From Scyliorhinus canicula (Eukaryota), in the NCBI RefSeq assembly GCF_902713615.1, contig NC_052158.1:33459990-33523989 (forward strand): a stretch of 64,000 nucleotides of DNA. Direction: 5' to 3'. Shown piece by piece: positions 1 through 13,313 of this stretch. The notes under the pieces were generated by a model that was given only the letters and a program-made list of their open reading frames with translations, did no database searches and had not been told where the DNA came from. Position 1 is the first letter of the stretch; each line of letters opens with the position of its first letter. Both the position numbers and the translations under genes were made by a program.

Positions 1-530
1 CCAGCAGCGTGCAAATCCGTTGGCAGAATAGGCGAGGGACTATGACAGTGTTTCCGCTGAGGCCAACATTATCAGCATCGAAGTATTGAACATGTTCTAT
101 CAGCTCCGCCAGATGGGCTACATTTTCTTCAAGCCTGGAACGAGAGTTCTAAACAAGTTCTCTACTCTGAGCTTCGATGCTGCAAGCGAGCCCCAGGATG
201 ACAGTGAAATGCACTGCTTCAAGGACACGAACCCTCCTGGAAAAAGTGCACCCTACTGAACCTAGGAATCCATGGCTCAAGAATACACAAAGTGGAGAAA
301 AAGCATACGCGAAGGAGCTGAATACTTCGCGTTTCATTGAGAGAGCAAGGTGAAACCAAATGTCTGCAGGGAAGGGATTACAGGGCAATCCGGGCACCAC
401 TCCCACCTGTTCCTCCAGCCACCGTCAATTCCATCTGTCACAGCGCCATTAGGTCACACATTCGACTGCTCGGTCAGCTGGAAGCTCAATCTATGTTGAC
501 AAGCAAGACATCCTCGACTCTGAGAAATTG
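1..530 (+). mobile_element. Degenerate RTE-clade LINE, 3' part of ORF
   Basis: Broken reading (..AEANIISIE..QLRQMGYI..LYSELRCCKRAPG..KWRKSIREGAE..) matches the C-terminus of RTE-type RT proteins; many stops and frameshifts. Confidence 0.7.
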
Positions 531-639
531 TCTTTGAAGAAGAATGAAAAAGATTGCACAGAAGACCAGCTCGAAAAGCTCATGAATAGTCTGCCTCATT
601 CTTATCTCATCATCTTATTCAACTTCAATTTCAAGAAAT

Positions 640-1440
640 TGTTGTTATGGGTCAGATGAGATTTCTCTTTTGGTGATCAGACTCAGCCGCTTTGGAAGCT
701 TTCAACAAGCTCTACTAACTTGGACAGATGGAAAAAGACAACTTGTGTCTTGGTGTGAAGATAATCACATGCACTAAAGAGGCATCCTGGAAAACTAGCC
801 AATAAAGAAATGGATGTGGGAAAACAACAAACTCACCCACAGGTGCTTACATTCGGAAAGTGTATTCTCAGAGCCTTTCTATATAATAATGAAACCTGGA
901 AAACTTCCACCTTCCACGAACATATTCTCACTAACTTCCACCTCCCAAGTCTACGACACATTTTTCGCATCACATGAGAAGACAAACTCATCAAGAAACA
1001 TTTCAGTTTCAACATCCATACGTTGCTTGTGCCAAGCAAGCAAAGAAGGCTGCGTTGACTTAGGCATGTGCATAGAACAGAAGGTGGCTGGATTCTCAAG
1101 AATATGCTTTATGAGAGCTAATCAGTGGCAAGACGACACAGCTCCGATTGAATTACATTTTTAAAAGAGTCATGAAAATCATCAAAATGATTCACGACGA
1201 GAGAGAATCTCGAGCCGGTGAGCAATGCATAATGCGACACCTGCGATGGCAAGGATTTTACCCGCCATGATTACAGGCACCAGAAACTCCTAAACAAATG
1301 CGCACCCAACAGACTGTGCATAAGACTATGTCATGCCACGTGAATGTCCAGCGCAGCCTCACAACTGGCAGACTTTGTCTTGCAAAATCTGCATGTTCAG
1401 CTATCAAAGGAAATAGAGGACATGATCTCATTTCGCGTCA
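640..1440 (+). mobile_element. Second degenerate RTE-clade LINE fragment
   Basis: ETWKTSTFHEHILTNFHLPSLRHIFRIT (from ~891) resembles the RTE motif ETWTTY..ERRLN.FH..CLR.IL.I.W.D. Confidence 0.65.
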
Positions 1441-1914
1441 CCAATGTTTTGAAGCTGTATTCTCATTGTTAAACACAAATGGAAGGATGTCAAAGTGAAA
1501 TCAATATTAATTTGAACATTTGGAAATGTTTTCTGCTGAAGAAACTTCAAGAAAACCAACGATTAGATGTAAAATATTGTTGTATGAATTATTGCAATAG
1601 GAATAACTGCGTCGTGTGAAATAAAATCTGACAGAAAGCGAACAAGGTGCAGAAACGTTACCATGACTCAATAGCGCAAACACTTTAAACAACTATCTGT
1701 GATCAGTCTGCAGAGACTCTTTTTAAAAAGCTGGCATATCAGTATTAATATCTATCAGACTCAGAGTTCTGATTTCTATTCTGCGTTGGAGACTCAAACG
1801 AACAATTTTAATTTTAAGAGAAATAGGTCAGGTGGTAGAATTTGTAAAATTGAGTATGTTCCATTTGTTGAACTCACGATCAATGAGCTACTGTATAATA
1901 ATCCTACAGACATG

Positions 1915-2400
1915 CAAATTAGAAACAGGAGTAGGCCGTTCGACATTTCAAGCCTGCTCGACCATTCAGTAAGATCATGAATAATCCGCTTTTCACATGA
2001 GTTCAATGTTCCTGCCAAGCCGATTTCAATTAACACCTTTTCTCATGAAGGATTGATTTATTTCTGCCATAAAATATTCAAAAACGCTACCGCACCCAAC
2101 TTTTGAGTAAGTGAGTCCAAAAGTCTCAGCCCTGCCTGTTGGTGGGGCGGGTCTTCAGAAAGCCTTTCCCGATCTCTGTCTGCAATGGCCCACGCCTGAT
2201 TGTTGAACAATGACTCCCTACTTACAGATTCTCACGCGAGAGGAAGCAAACTTTCCAAATCAGCCCCATCAAGACCGCTCAAAATCTTGTATGTTTTAGT
2301 CAAATCTCTCACTCTTCAAGACATAGGAGGATACAAGACTAGAATGTCCATCATTCCTCACAAGGCCACGCACCCATTTCAGACACTAATGAAATCCAGT
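1915..2400 (-). mobile_element. Old CR1 LINE 3' end
   Basis: agaaacaggagtaggccgttcg..aagcctgctcgaccattcagtaagatcatg is the reverse complement of a CR1 3' tail. Confidence 0.6.
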
Positions 2401-2464
2401 GAAATTGAAGTACCTCCACAGGGCGAAATTATTTCATTTACCCAATGTACTACCTCAGTCTGTT

Positions 2465-2760
2465 CATAGAACACTGCAGTGCAGAAACAGGCTATGCGCA
2501 CTGTCGAGTCTGCACTGCCCCTACGAATTAGCGTTGGCATTTGTGAACACCCCTTCCACCCCTGGAAACACACCTGCAAATTCCGGGGCAATCTCGTGTG
2601 GCCATTCCACCTAACCCACACATCTTCAGACTGTGGGAGGAAACGGAAATCTGGAGGAAACCCATGCAGACATGTGGACAATTGATAAACTCCACACAGG
2701 CAGTCACCCAAAGCTATAATTTTACCCGGGCCCATGGCATTGTGAGGCAACATTGTTAAC
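2465..2760 (-). mobile_element. Diverged HE1/V-SINE-like SINE
   Basis: Similar to the other SINE copies in the window (cacctaacc..cacatctt..gactgtgggaggaaac). Confidence 0.7.
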
Positions 2761-2856
2761 TATTTTGTCACGTGCCGCTTCTATTGGCCATGCAATGATG
2801 AATATCGTGATGCAGTTTTGTACAGCCAACTAAATTAACTGGATAATGCGACTTAC

Positions 2857-2956
2857 GAGGAACTCCAATTGCAGCGAGGAGAGGGTAGTAAACCTTCTGT
2901 AAGTCAACGATGAAATAACTTCTCTTCCATTTGTCTGTTCTGATAGAGCCACTCAT
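2857..2956 (-). CDS. GPR139/GPR142-like GPCR, coding exon 1 (copy A); exon 2 expected left of the window
   Basis: MSGSIRTDKWKRSYFIVDLQKVYYPLLAAIGVP followed by a phase-1 donor C|GTAAGT (intron starts 2856). The ATG used by copies B and C is ACA here (2936-2938), but an in-frame ATG lies at 2956. Upstream and intron sequence are homologous to copies B and C. Confidence 0.75.
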
Positions 2957-3529
2957 CCTTCGTGTCAGGGGTGATATTGCCGCTGACACTAAGTGCTATA
3001 ACACATTCAATGGGTCTCTCCTAAATAGAAGAGGGAAATCCCCCAGTGGCAGAATTCAGTTCCATGGAGACTGTTCTTAATTACAGTCAACGAAAAAAAG
3101 TTTCAGTTAACCCCGGTGATTCTGATATGTTTATTATCACAGTATATATTTGATCATGGATCAAATATGTGCCCTTGGATCTTATAAATGTCCACCGTAC
3201 TTGCAAGTAAAGCACACCTCATACCCAAATCAATCATTTCCTTCAGTTGTCTGTCTCGTCAGTTGGCGATTTGCATCTTGGTGCTCAACGTTCGCTGCAA
3301 CGTTGCCTGGAATGACTCACAACCGCACACTCCTCCCTGCATCTGATGTAGGGGAAGAAGTCGTTGAGGAAATGTAGGAGTTTCTGAACTCTATTTTCTC
3401 TTGACCTATTTGTAGCTGGCTGAGCCTTCCATTTATGAAAGCATTCCTTAATGACCCACCAAACAGTGGACATGGTGGTCAGTGATAGTTCCTTATGCAC
3501 TGATATGATTTGAGTTTCGCTGGCAAGAA

Positions 3530-4770
3530 AGGCATTTATTGCCTATCACTAACTGTTCTTTACAAGGTGGCAGCGAGCTGCCTTCTGGAACCACAGCAGT
3601 TCATCTGGTATAGGTACACCCACAGTACTATGAAGGAGAGAGTTCCATGGATCTAATCCTGTGACGGTGAAAAAACGATGGTATAATACCGAAACAGTTT
3701 TGTCAGGGGCTAGAGAGCAACATGGAGTTTTTTGTATCCTCATGAATCTTTTGTCCTTATCCTTCTCGATGGTACTAGTTGTGGGTTTGGGTTAAGCTTC
3801 TTTCTGAGAAGCCCTGGTGAGTTTCTGCTGTCCATCCTGCAGACGATACCCACTGCTGCCACCGTGCGACTACTGGAGTAAGGGAATATTTATGAAGGAG
3901 TGCCCCAATTATGCTAGTTGCTTTCTCCTCATGGTGTCGAGCTTCTGGGGTATTGTTGGAGCTGCACTCATCAATGCCAGTGAGCATTTTTAGCATTCTC
4001 CTCAAGTTTGAAACGCAGATGATCGGAAGGCTTTGGAGAGTAACGACATGACGTCCTCGACGCAGGATTCCTTGCTGCTGTCCTGCTCTTGCAACCACTG
4101 TATGTATCTGGCTAGTCGAACTCCGTTTCTTGTCAAGATTATACCCACGGTGTAGGTAGTGGTGGTTTAGTGACGGTAATTCCATTGAATGTAAAGAGCA
4201 ATTATTAGACTTTCGTTTGTTGGAAATGCCTGGAATTTGTGACAGTAATGTGACTTCCCGCTTTCCAACCACAGCCCGGAAATAGCTGGCCATTTTTGCA
4301 TATAGAGATGGGCGCCTTCAGAACTTGGGAAGTCAGACATGATGCTGAACATTACGTAATCAATAAGAAACTGTCCACTCGTCGGACATTATGTTGTGTG
4401 GAGGTAGTGATGAATGAGCAGAAGATGTTTGAGCCGACGACAGTCCCCTGATGTACTATTGCTTTGCTGTCCTGGAGATGAGATGACTGAACTCCAACAA
4501 ACACAACCACCATCAGTTGAGTTATATATGAGTCCAAACAGCAGAGAAGGTTTCCCCTAACACCCATTGACTAAATTTCTGCTAGGACTTCTTGAATCCA
4601 CAGTCTCAAACGCGGCCTTCATTTCAAGGGCAGCCACTCCCACCTCATCTCTGGAATTCCGGTCGCCGAAATACGTTGTAATGAGGTCATGAACTGAGTT
4701 GAACTAGTGGAACATAAACTGGTGAAAGTGAGCACGTTATTGCCACGCAAGTGCGACCTGATTTACTGTT
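3530..4770 (-). mobile_element. Old non-LTR retrotransposon (CR1/L2 group) remnant
   Basis: Shares the ..gcagctccaacaa.ac.c.a.. and cactacctacacc blocks with 26040-26920 and 57300-58390; heavily decayed. Confidence 0.55.
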
Positions 4771-5671
4771 GATGACGCCATATTCAAACCTCAATACAAT
4801 ACATTCCTTTTGTCCACATCACATGTGCATCCTTCATAAATAACCAGTAAGTTGGTGTAACATCATTTCACTTTCACGACAGCATGTTGACTCTACCTGT
4901 TTCCCGAGATATTCTCCATTTGCCTGCTGTAACATATTAAACAATGGATTCAAACTTTATTAGTTAATTCATTTTTCCTACTATTGATGTGAAGTTCTAA
5001 CTCCATTAGAACACCAAAGGACAATGCAAAGTACAGAACAGGAACAGCCCCTTCGGCCCTCCAAGCCCGTGCCGAACATGCTGCCCGACAAAACTACAAT
5101 ATTCTACACTTGCTGTGTCCGTGACCCTCTATTCCCATCCTATTCATGTATTTGTCAAGATGCCCCTTAAATCGTCCCTGCTTCCACCACCTCCTCCGGT
5201 TCCAGGCACCCACTACCCTCTGTGTAAAAAGACTTGCCTAGTACATCTACTCCAGTACAAAGATGTGCAGGTTGGGTGGATTGGCCATGAAAAATTGCCC
5301 TTAGTGTCCGAAATTCTATGATTAACCTAGGACAAACGTTTGGCGCAACATCGTGGGCCAAAGGGCCTGTTCTGTGCTATATTTCTCTATCTCTAAAACT
5401 TGACCCTCGCACATTAAACCTATGGCCCCTAGTAATTGAACCCTCAACCCTGTGGAAAAGCCTCTGACTATCCACTCTGTCTATGCCCCTCATTATTGTG
5501 TAGACCTCTATCAGGTCTCCCCTCAACCTCCGTCGTTCCAGTGAGAACAAGCCAAGTTTATTCAACCGCGCCTCATAGCTAATGCCCTCCATACCAGGCA
5601 ACTTCCTGTAAATCTCTTCTGCACCCTCTCAAAAGCCTCCACCCCTTCTGATAGTGTGTGGATCAGAATTG

Positions 5672-6905
5672 TTTTAAAATAATTTTTATTGAAATTTTTA
5701 CAAAAGATAAACATCTCAACTCTATTAACAAAACAACCGTGGTAACACCCCAAGAACAATACCCAACCAATTTCAAAAGCAACTACAAACAAAAGAAAAA
5801 AACAAAAGAACCCCCAAACAACAAAAGGGAAAGAGATAACACCCGTCACATCCCACAAACCCATGTACACAGTTCTCCCTCCCACCGATCCAACCCCCCC
5901 CCCCCCCACCTCCCTCAATCCCCCCCCCCCCCCCCCCCCCGGGTTGCTGCTGCTGCCGGCCTATTTCCCTACTGTTCCGCCAGGAAGTACAGGAAAGGCT
6001 GCCACCACCTAAAGAACCCTTGTACTGATCCCCTCAGGGCAAATTTCACCTTTTCCAATTCAATGAACCCCGCCATATCATTGATCCAGGCCTCCACGCT
6101 TGGGGGCCTCGCATCCTTCCATTGGAGCAAGATCCTCCGCCGGGCTACTAGGGACACAAAGGCCAGAACACCGGTCTCTTTCGCCCCCTGCACTCCCGGC
6201 TCCACTGCAACCCCAAAAATTGCGAGTCCCCAGCCTTGCTTGACCCTGGATCCCACCATCCTCGACACCATCCTTGCTACCCCCTTCCAAAACTCCTCCG
6301 GCGCTGGGCACGCCCAAAACATATGCGCGTGGTTCGCTGGGCTCCCCGAGCACATAGCATACCTGTCCTCGCCCCCGAAAAACCTACTCATCCTCGACCC
6401 AGTCATGTGGGCCCTATGCAGCACCTTGAACTGTATGAGGCTAAGCCTCGCACAGGAAGAGGAATTCATTCTCTCTGAGGCATCCGCCTACGTTTCCTCC
6501 TCAATCTCCTCACCCAGCTCCTCTTCCCGTTTACCCTTCAGTTCCTCCACCGAGGCCTCGTCTACCTCCTGCATTACCCGGCATATGTCCGAAATCCTCC
6601 CTCCTCCAACCCACACCCCCGAGAGCAACCGATCCCGCAACCCTCGTGGGGGCAGCAAGGGGAACCCCTCCACCTGCTGCCTGGCAAACGCCCTCACCTG
6701 CATGTACATAAACATGTTGCCCGGGGAGCCCAAACTTCCACTCTAACTCCCCAAAGCTCGCGAACCACCCGTCCACAAACAGGTCCCTCAACCTCCTAAC
6801 CCCTGCCCTGTGCCAGCCCAGAAATCCGCCATCAATGCTCCCTGGGAAAAGCCGATGGTTCCCCCGTATCGGGGCCTCCATCAAGCCCCCAACTTCTCAC
6901 CTATA
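5672..6905 (-). mobile_element. 5'-truncated L1-clade LINE inserted in the CR1
   Basis: ORF2 C-terminus IQFKVLHR..CSGSPANHAHMFWACP; A-rich 3' end; 17-bp TSD TGTGTGGATCAGAATTG at 5655-5671 and 6906-6922. Confidence 0.95.
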
Positions 6906-8513
6906 TGTGTGGATCAGAATTGAACACTATACTCCAAGTGTGGCCGAACTAAGATTCTATACAGCTGCAACATGACTTGCAAATTCTTATACTCAATGCC
7001 CAGGCCAATGAAGGCAAGCATGCCGATGCCTTCTTGACTACCTTTTCCACCTGTGTTGCCCCTTGAAATGACCTGTGGACCTGTGCACCTAGATCTCTCG
7101 ACTTTCAATACTCTTGAGGGATTCTACCATTCACTGTATATTCCCTACCTGCATTAGATCTTACAAAATGCATTACCTCACATTTGTCCGAATTAAGCTC
7201 CATCTGCCATCTCTCCGCCCAAGTCTCCAAATGTTCTCAATCTTGCTGCTGCCTCTGAGAGTCTTCATCGCTATCCGCAATTCCACCAACCTTTTTGTCG
7301 TCTGCAAACGTACTAATCAGACCAGTTCCATCTTCCTCCAAATCATTTATATATACTACCAACAGCAAAAGTCCCAGCACTGATCCCTACGGAACACCAC
7401 TAGTCACAGCCCTCTAATTAGAAAAGCACCCTTCCATTGCTTCTCTCTGCCTTCTATGACCGAGCCAGTTCTGTACCCACCTTGCCAGCTCACCCCTGAT
7501 CCCGTGTGACCTCACCTTTTGTACCAGTCTACCATAAGGGACCTTGTCAAAGGCCTTACTGAAGTCCATATAGACAACATCCACTGCCCGACCTGCATCA
7601 ATCATCGTTGTGACCGCTTCCAAAAACTCTATCAAGTTAGTGAGACACGACCTCCCCTTCAAAAAACCATGCTGCCTCTCATGAATGCGTCCATTTGCTT
7701 CCAAATGGTAGTAGATCCTGTCTCGAAGACATCTCTTCAGTAATTTCGCTACCACTGTCGTAAGGCTCACCGACCTGTAGTTCTCTGGATTATCGTTGCT
7801 ACCCTTCTTGAACAAAGGAACAACATTTGCTATTTTCCAGTCCTCCGGGACATCACCTGAAGACAGGGAGGATCCAAAGATTTCTGTCAAGGCCTCAGCA
7901 ATGTCCTCTCTAGCCTCCTTCCGTATTCTGGGGTAGATTCCATCAGGCCCTGGGGAACTATCTACCTTAATATTTTACAAGACGCCCAGCACTTCGTCTC
8001 CTTGGATCTCAATGTGGCCCAGGCTACCTACACACCTTTCTCCAGACGTAACATCCACCAATCCCTTCTCTTTGGTGAATACTGATACACAGTATTCATT
8101 TAGTACCTCGTCCATTTCCTCTGGCTCCACACATTGATTCACTTGCCTATCCTTCAGTGGGACAGCCCTTTCCCTGGCTACCCTCTTGCCTTTAATGTCC
8201 GTGTAAAAAGCCTTGGGATTTTCCTTAACCCTATTTGCCAATGACTTTTCGTGACTCCTTCTAGCCCTCCTGATACCTTGCTTAAGTTTCTTCCTACTTT
8301 CCTTACATTCCACACAGGTTCCGTCTGTTCCCAGCCTTCTAGCTCTGACAAATCCCTCCTTTTTTCTTTTTGACGAGGCCTACAATATCTCTCGTTATCC
8401 AAGGTTCCCGAAATTTGCCGTATTTATCCTTCTTTCTCACAGGAACATGCCTATCCTGAATTCCTTTCAACTGACACTTGCAAGCCTCCCACGTGTCAGA
8501 TGTTGATTTAAAA

Positions 8514-8700
8514 GGGGCTGGTTTAGCACACTGGGCTAAATCGCTGGCTTTGAAAGCAGACCAAGACGGGCCAGCAGCACGGTTCAATTCCCGTGCCAGC
8601 CTCCCCAAACAGGCGCCGGAATGTGGCGACCAGGGCCTTTTCACAGTAACATCATTGAAGCCTACTCGTGACAAAAAGCGATTTTCAATTTTTCATTTCA
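8514..8700 (+). mobile_element. tRNA-derived SINE with (TTTCA)-type tail, inserted in CR1
   Basis: Head GGGGCTGGTTTAGCACACTGG, B-box GGTTCAATTCC, tail ttttcatttca; same family at 37810-37992 and 63482-63666. Confidence 0.85.
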
Positions 8701-9280
8701 CCCTCAAACATCCGCCCCCCAATCTAGGTTCTTCAGTTGCCACCTAATACTGTTATAATTAGCCTTTCCCCAATTTAGCACATTCACCCGAGGACCACCC
8801 TTATTCTTGTCCACCAGCACTTTAAAACTTACTGAATTGTGGTCACTGTTCCCGAAATGCTCCCCGACTGAAACTTGATCAACTTGGCTAGGCTCATTCC
8901 CCAATACCAGGTCCAGTACAGCCCCTTCCCTAGTTGGACTGTCTACATATTTTTTTAAGAAGCCCTCCTGGATGCTCCTTAAAAACTCAGCCCCATCTAA
9001 CCCCCTAACGCTAAGTGAGTCCCAGTGAATATTGGGGAAGTTGGAGTCTCCCATCACAACAACCCTGTTGTTTTTACTGTTTCCCAAATTCTGTCCACAT
9101 ATCTGCTCCTCTATCTCCAACTGGCTGTTGAGATGCCTGTAGTAAACCCAGAACATTGTGACTATGCCCTTATTATTCCTGATCTCTACCCATATAGCCT
9201 TCCTGCCCTCTGAGGTGTAATCCTGTAGTACAGCTGAGATATTCTCCCTGACCAGTTGCGCAACTCTGCCACCCCTTTTA

Positions 9281-9980
9281 CATCCCCCTTGACTGTTCCA
9301 GACTCTATTGAATCCAGGAAAGTGACCACCAATGCATCCACAATTTCCAAACCCACCTCCTCAACCACTCTGGGATGCAGATTGTCAGGCCCTCGGGATT
9401 TATCCACCTTCAATCCCTTCAATTTTCTGAGAACCATTTCTCTACTAATATTGATTTCCCTCAGTCCTTCCCTCTCACTAAACCTTTTATTCTCCAACAT
9501 TTATGGTACCTGATTTGTGTCCTCTTTTGTGACGACAGAACCAACGCCATGTGTTTCTCCCTTAATATGCATGTCCCTGTTTCTGTCTATAGGGGGCCTA
9601 CATTTGCCTTTCACAATATCTTTCTCTTCATATATCTACATAAACCATAATGTCAGTCTTTATGTTCCCTGCAAGCTTACGTTCGTGCTGCATTTTCCAC
9701 TTCTTAATCAATCTCTTGGTCCTTCTCTGCTGAATTCGAAACCGCTCCCAATCCTGATACCTGTGTTAATCCTTGGCCAATCTGTGTGCTTCTTCCGTGG
9801 ATCGGATACTATATCTAATTTCATTTCTAAGGCATGGATTGACCCTCTTACACATTTTGCTTTTGTGCCAGATAAGAATGAACACTTGCTGCAGTTCCCC
9901 CATGCGTTCCTTGAATGTTTGCCATTGCCTATCCACTGCCATCCATTTAAGTAGCGTTCCTCATTCTATCAAGGCCAACT
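9281..9980 (-). mobile_element. CR1 ORF2 fragment from a second subfamily
   Basis: LKGLKVDKSRGPDNLHPRV (ORF 9186-9500). Confidence 0.8.
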
Positions 9981-10069
9981 AACGGTCCTAATATCATTGG
10001 ACTCCATCTTACCATGCAGCCCGTTGCTATTATGTACGTAATGTATGCCGCATTGCTAACCTTCATTGT

Positions 10070-12647
10070 TTTTCTTTCTTTATAAATGTATTCGGTGGGT
10101 TTTTCGAACATAGTATATTTACAGGTGTAGAGAAAGAAGAGAAATATAGAGAAGATAATACAAACAAGATAAAGACAACGTTATATAATTAGCAAAATCG
10201 CGTAAATTAAAAGTAACCACACAAGTTGTGCGGAAGTAAAAACTGGGGAAGTGTCTATACATCGAGGTACTGGAGAGACAATACAGTATACCTGTATACA
10301 TGTCTTGGGCGGGGGGGGGGGGGGATGGAGCCGACGCCCCATTCTTTTTCTTTCGTTTATTTTTTACCAAGCCGAGTACATACAACACCAGCAATGCAAA
10401 ATAGATCCGGATTTGGGGGAGGGGGGGGGGGGGTTTCTCCCATTCGCTTTTCGCTGTTGTTGTTGCGTGTTTGCCTCTGCTGCGGCCATTCGTCGTTTCT
10501 TCCTCCTGTACTTTCTCACTGTGTTGCTGTGTTCCTCGTGGTCATTGTCATTTCCTGTGTCTCCTTCCAGCTTGTGTAACATCCTCTTTCCTTCCCCCCT
10601 CTGGTTGCCCTTTGTTGTTCTTTGCCCCTGTCCTTCCTTCTTCCCCCTCCCTTCCCCCCTCCTCGCTTTGCCTCCATTTCCCCACCCGCCCCTCTCCCTC
10701 TCTGCAGCTCTCCTTTCTTTTCTATTGTGTTTAGCTACCCCTTTTGCACTGTTCCCCCACTCCGCCCGCCCCTCTGTCCCTCCTTCCTTCTCTTGTCTCA
10801 TGGTTTTCTATGTTCCCTGGCTCTTGGCTACTGGATTATTTATCAGCGTGTTTATTGGCCACAAACACGTCCCGGAACAGATGGGTGAATGGCTCCCATG
10901 TTCTGAAGAAGCCATCATCCGACACTGGGATGACGAATTTGATTTTCTCCATTTGGAGATATTCTGATGATTCGGACAGCCGGTCTGCAGGTTTGGGTGG
11001 TGCTGCTGACCGCCAGCCAAGATGGATTCTATGGCTGGAGATCAGGGAGGCAAAGGAAAGGGCGTCCACCCTCCTTCCCATGAAGCGATCTGGCTGGTCT
11101 GATACCCCGAAGACTGCCACTTTTAGGCACGGCTCCATCCTCGCCCCTTCCACTTTGGACATTGTCTTGATGAAAACTGTCTAGTACCCAGCAATTCTGG
11201 GGCAAGAGTAGGACATGTGGGGTTAGTTGACCGGGCCTCCTTTCCCATCTATCCTCCACCTCTGGGAAGAATCAACTAATTTGGGTTCTTGTTAAGTGGA
11301 CTCTATGTACCCCCTCTATTTGCTTTAGGTTGAGTCTTGCACACATGGAGGTGAAGTTGACCCTATTCAGTGCTTCACTGCAGAGTTCCCACCCATTTCG
11401 AGCACCAGGTTTTCCTCCAATTTTTTTCCTCGTTACGTTCAATACAGTGCCGGACCTATCTACCAGTCTATCTCTACAATTACCTTTACCCAATATGTTG
11501 GTGTCAAGTAACTCCTCTAGTTGTGTCTGTCGTGGTGGTCGTGGGTACGTCCTTGTCTCCTTCCGTAGGAAGATTTTGAGCTACAGGTACCTTAGTTCGT
11601 TGCCCCTAGCTCGTTGAAAGCTCTATGTCAGTCCGTCCAGTGTTGTGACCCTGTCGTCGGTGAATAGATCCCCGACTTCCAGTGTCCACTGTCCTGTCTC
11701 CACCTTTTAAAGGTGGTGTCAGTGAGTGCTGGCACAAACCTATGGTTGTTCCAGATGGGAGCTTCGTTGGTTCCAGGTCTGGAGATCGCTACCTCCACTG
11801 GGCTGCTGGAGTGATTTTTGGGTGGGGATGGGAGTGCTGCCGTGGCGAGAGCATGGAGCGAGGTACCCCTGCAGGTGGTTTCCTCCGCACGCACTTACAC
11901 AGCTTCTGGCTCCTTTTATCCATCCGCTTACTCGTTCTGTTGTCGCTGCCTAGGGGTAATATTGTAAGTATTGGAGGGCTAGCTCTCCCTTGTACTTTGT
12001 TTTCTGTAGGACCATTTTTGTGATCTAGCATCCCCCCCCCCCCCCCTCCATTACAAACGACATGATTAGTTTTCCAGTGACTTAAAAAAGATCTTGGGAT
12101 CTCGATCGGGATAGATCAAAATAGGAAGAGGTGCCTGGCAGTACGCTCATTGTAATCATCTGCACTCTCCCCGCTAGGGAGAGTGGGAGTGTATTCTATC
12201 TTTGCAACTCCTTTTTTACTTCCTTTGTCAGACTGGTCAGGTTCCATTTGTGGATACCCGTTCAGTCATGAGCGAATTGAATCTCCAGGTAGCAGAATTT
12301 GTGTTGGGCTTGGTTAAAGGTCAGTCCCACTAGTGCTGCCCCTCCCTCTCGTGGGTTCACTGGAAAGATCTCGCTTTTGCTCATGTTGAGTTCGTAGCCT
12401 GAGAAGGAACCAAACTCGTTCAGGAGCATGATGATTCCTTCCATTCTGCATTGTATGTCCGAGATGTAGGGGAGCAGGTCACCTGCATAGAGCGAGACTC
12501 TGTGCTCTCTGGCGCCCGCCTGGATCCCCCTCCAGTTTTTTGATGTTCTGAGAGCAATCGCTAGTGGTTCGATCGCTACGGCACACACCAGTGGGGACAG
12601 TGGGCATCCCTACTTGGCGCCCCTGTGCAGCTGGAAGTACTGGGAGC
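10070..12647 (-). mobile_element. Degenerate L1-clade LINE, RT to 3' UTR
   Basis: GCPLSPL..AIEPLAIALR..HRVSLYAGDLL..FGSFSGY (12262-12610); C-terminus VAVFGVSDQP..WRSAAPP..LQMEKIKF (10836-11162). Confidence 0.9.
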
Positions 12648-12714
12648 ATCTTCATTGGCTTTCTTAAGTTTTGTTCTTCGCTGGAGTCTCGCTACCAGTT
12701 ATAATAATAGAACC

Positions 12715-13080
12715 ATATAAATGTTATGGGATTGAAAGAGGTCTTTCAGGCCATTAGTACAGTTTCAAAACGTCGCTAATTTCAATCACACTTCCAAAAT
12801 CTGGTCCGTAACCTTGCAGTTTACAGCATTTCAGGTACAGATCCATGTACCTTTTGAAGGAGTTGAGCATTCCCGCCTCAGCCACCAATGCGGGCTGTGA
12901 ATTCCAGACGCCACCATCCTCTGGGTGAAAAATGTATTCCTAATATCGCTCGAACGTTTCTACCCATCACTTTAAATCTATATCCCATTCTTATTTGCCT
13001 CTCCGCTAGGTAAATATGTATTTTATGTCTGCCATCTCTGGGCCCTTAATAGTTTTACAGCTCAGTCTTGTCAGTCCCCT
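12715..13080 (-). mobile_element. Old CR1 3' end
   Basis: gaattccagac..accatcctctgggtgaaaaa.. and aaatctat..ccc blocks seen in the other CR1 tails. Confidence 0.55.
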
Positions 13081-13313
13081 CTCTCCTCTTTGTCCACATT
13101 CAGTTGATCATTCTTTAAAACGTTTCCAATTGTTATTCTCAATCGTTAATTACTAACCTAGCCGACTGTTTCATTTTCCCAAGTTCTATTCATAGCTTCT
13201 CTGAATCACTTTATCTGTGATGTATCAACTTTATTATAATCATACTGCTGTCCTTCTATATGATTGTCTTGAACTATATAATATAGTGGTCACCGTTAAT
13301 TATGTCTTTTGCA

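Larger units (their letters stand above)
5030..9280 (-). mobile_element. CR1 (HER1-like) LINE ORF2 with endonuclease, RT and 3' tail; interrupted by an L1 (5672-6905) and a SINE (8514-8700)
   Basis: APE part VVMGDSNFP..LDLVLGNEP..GNSDHN (8704-9156); RT part QHGFLKGRSCLTNL..YMDFSKAFDKVP (7414-7890); C-terminal LVRPHLEYSVQF and LGLFSLERRRLRGDLIEVY. Confidence 0.95.

Noticed and set aside
5658-6746. 362-aa + strand ORF
   Set aside because: Antisense shadow of the L1 ORF2 and 3' UTR; the poly-Pro comes from C homopolymers.
8514-8600. tRNA genes at A/B-box-containing segments
   Set aside because: All continue into SINE bodies and tails and do not form complete cloverleaves.
10251-10967. 238-aa hydrophobic ORF and overlapping ORFs
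   Set aside because: Low-complexity L1 3' UTR read antisense.
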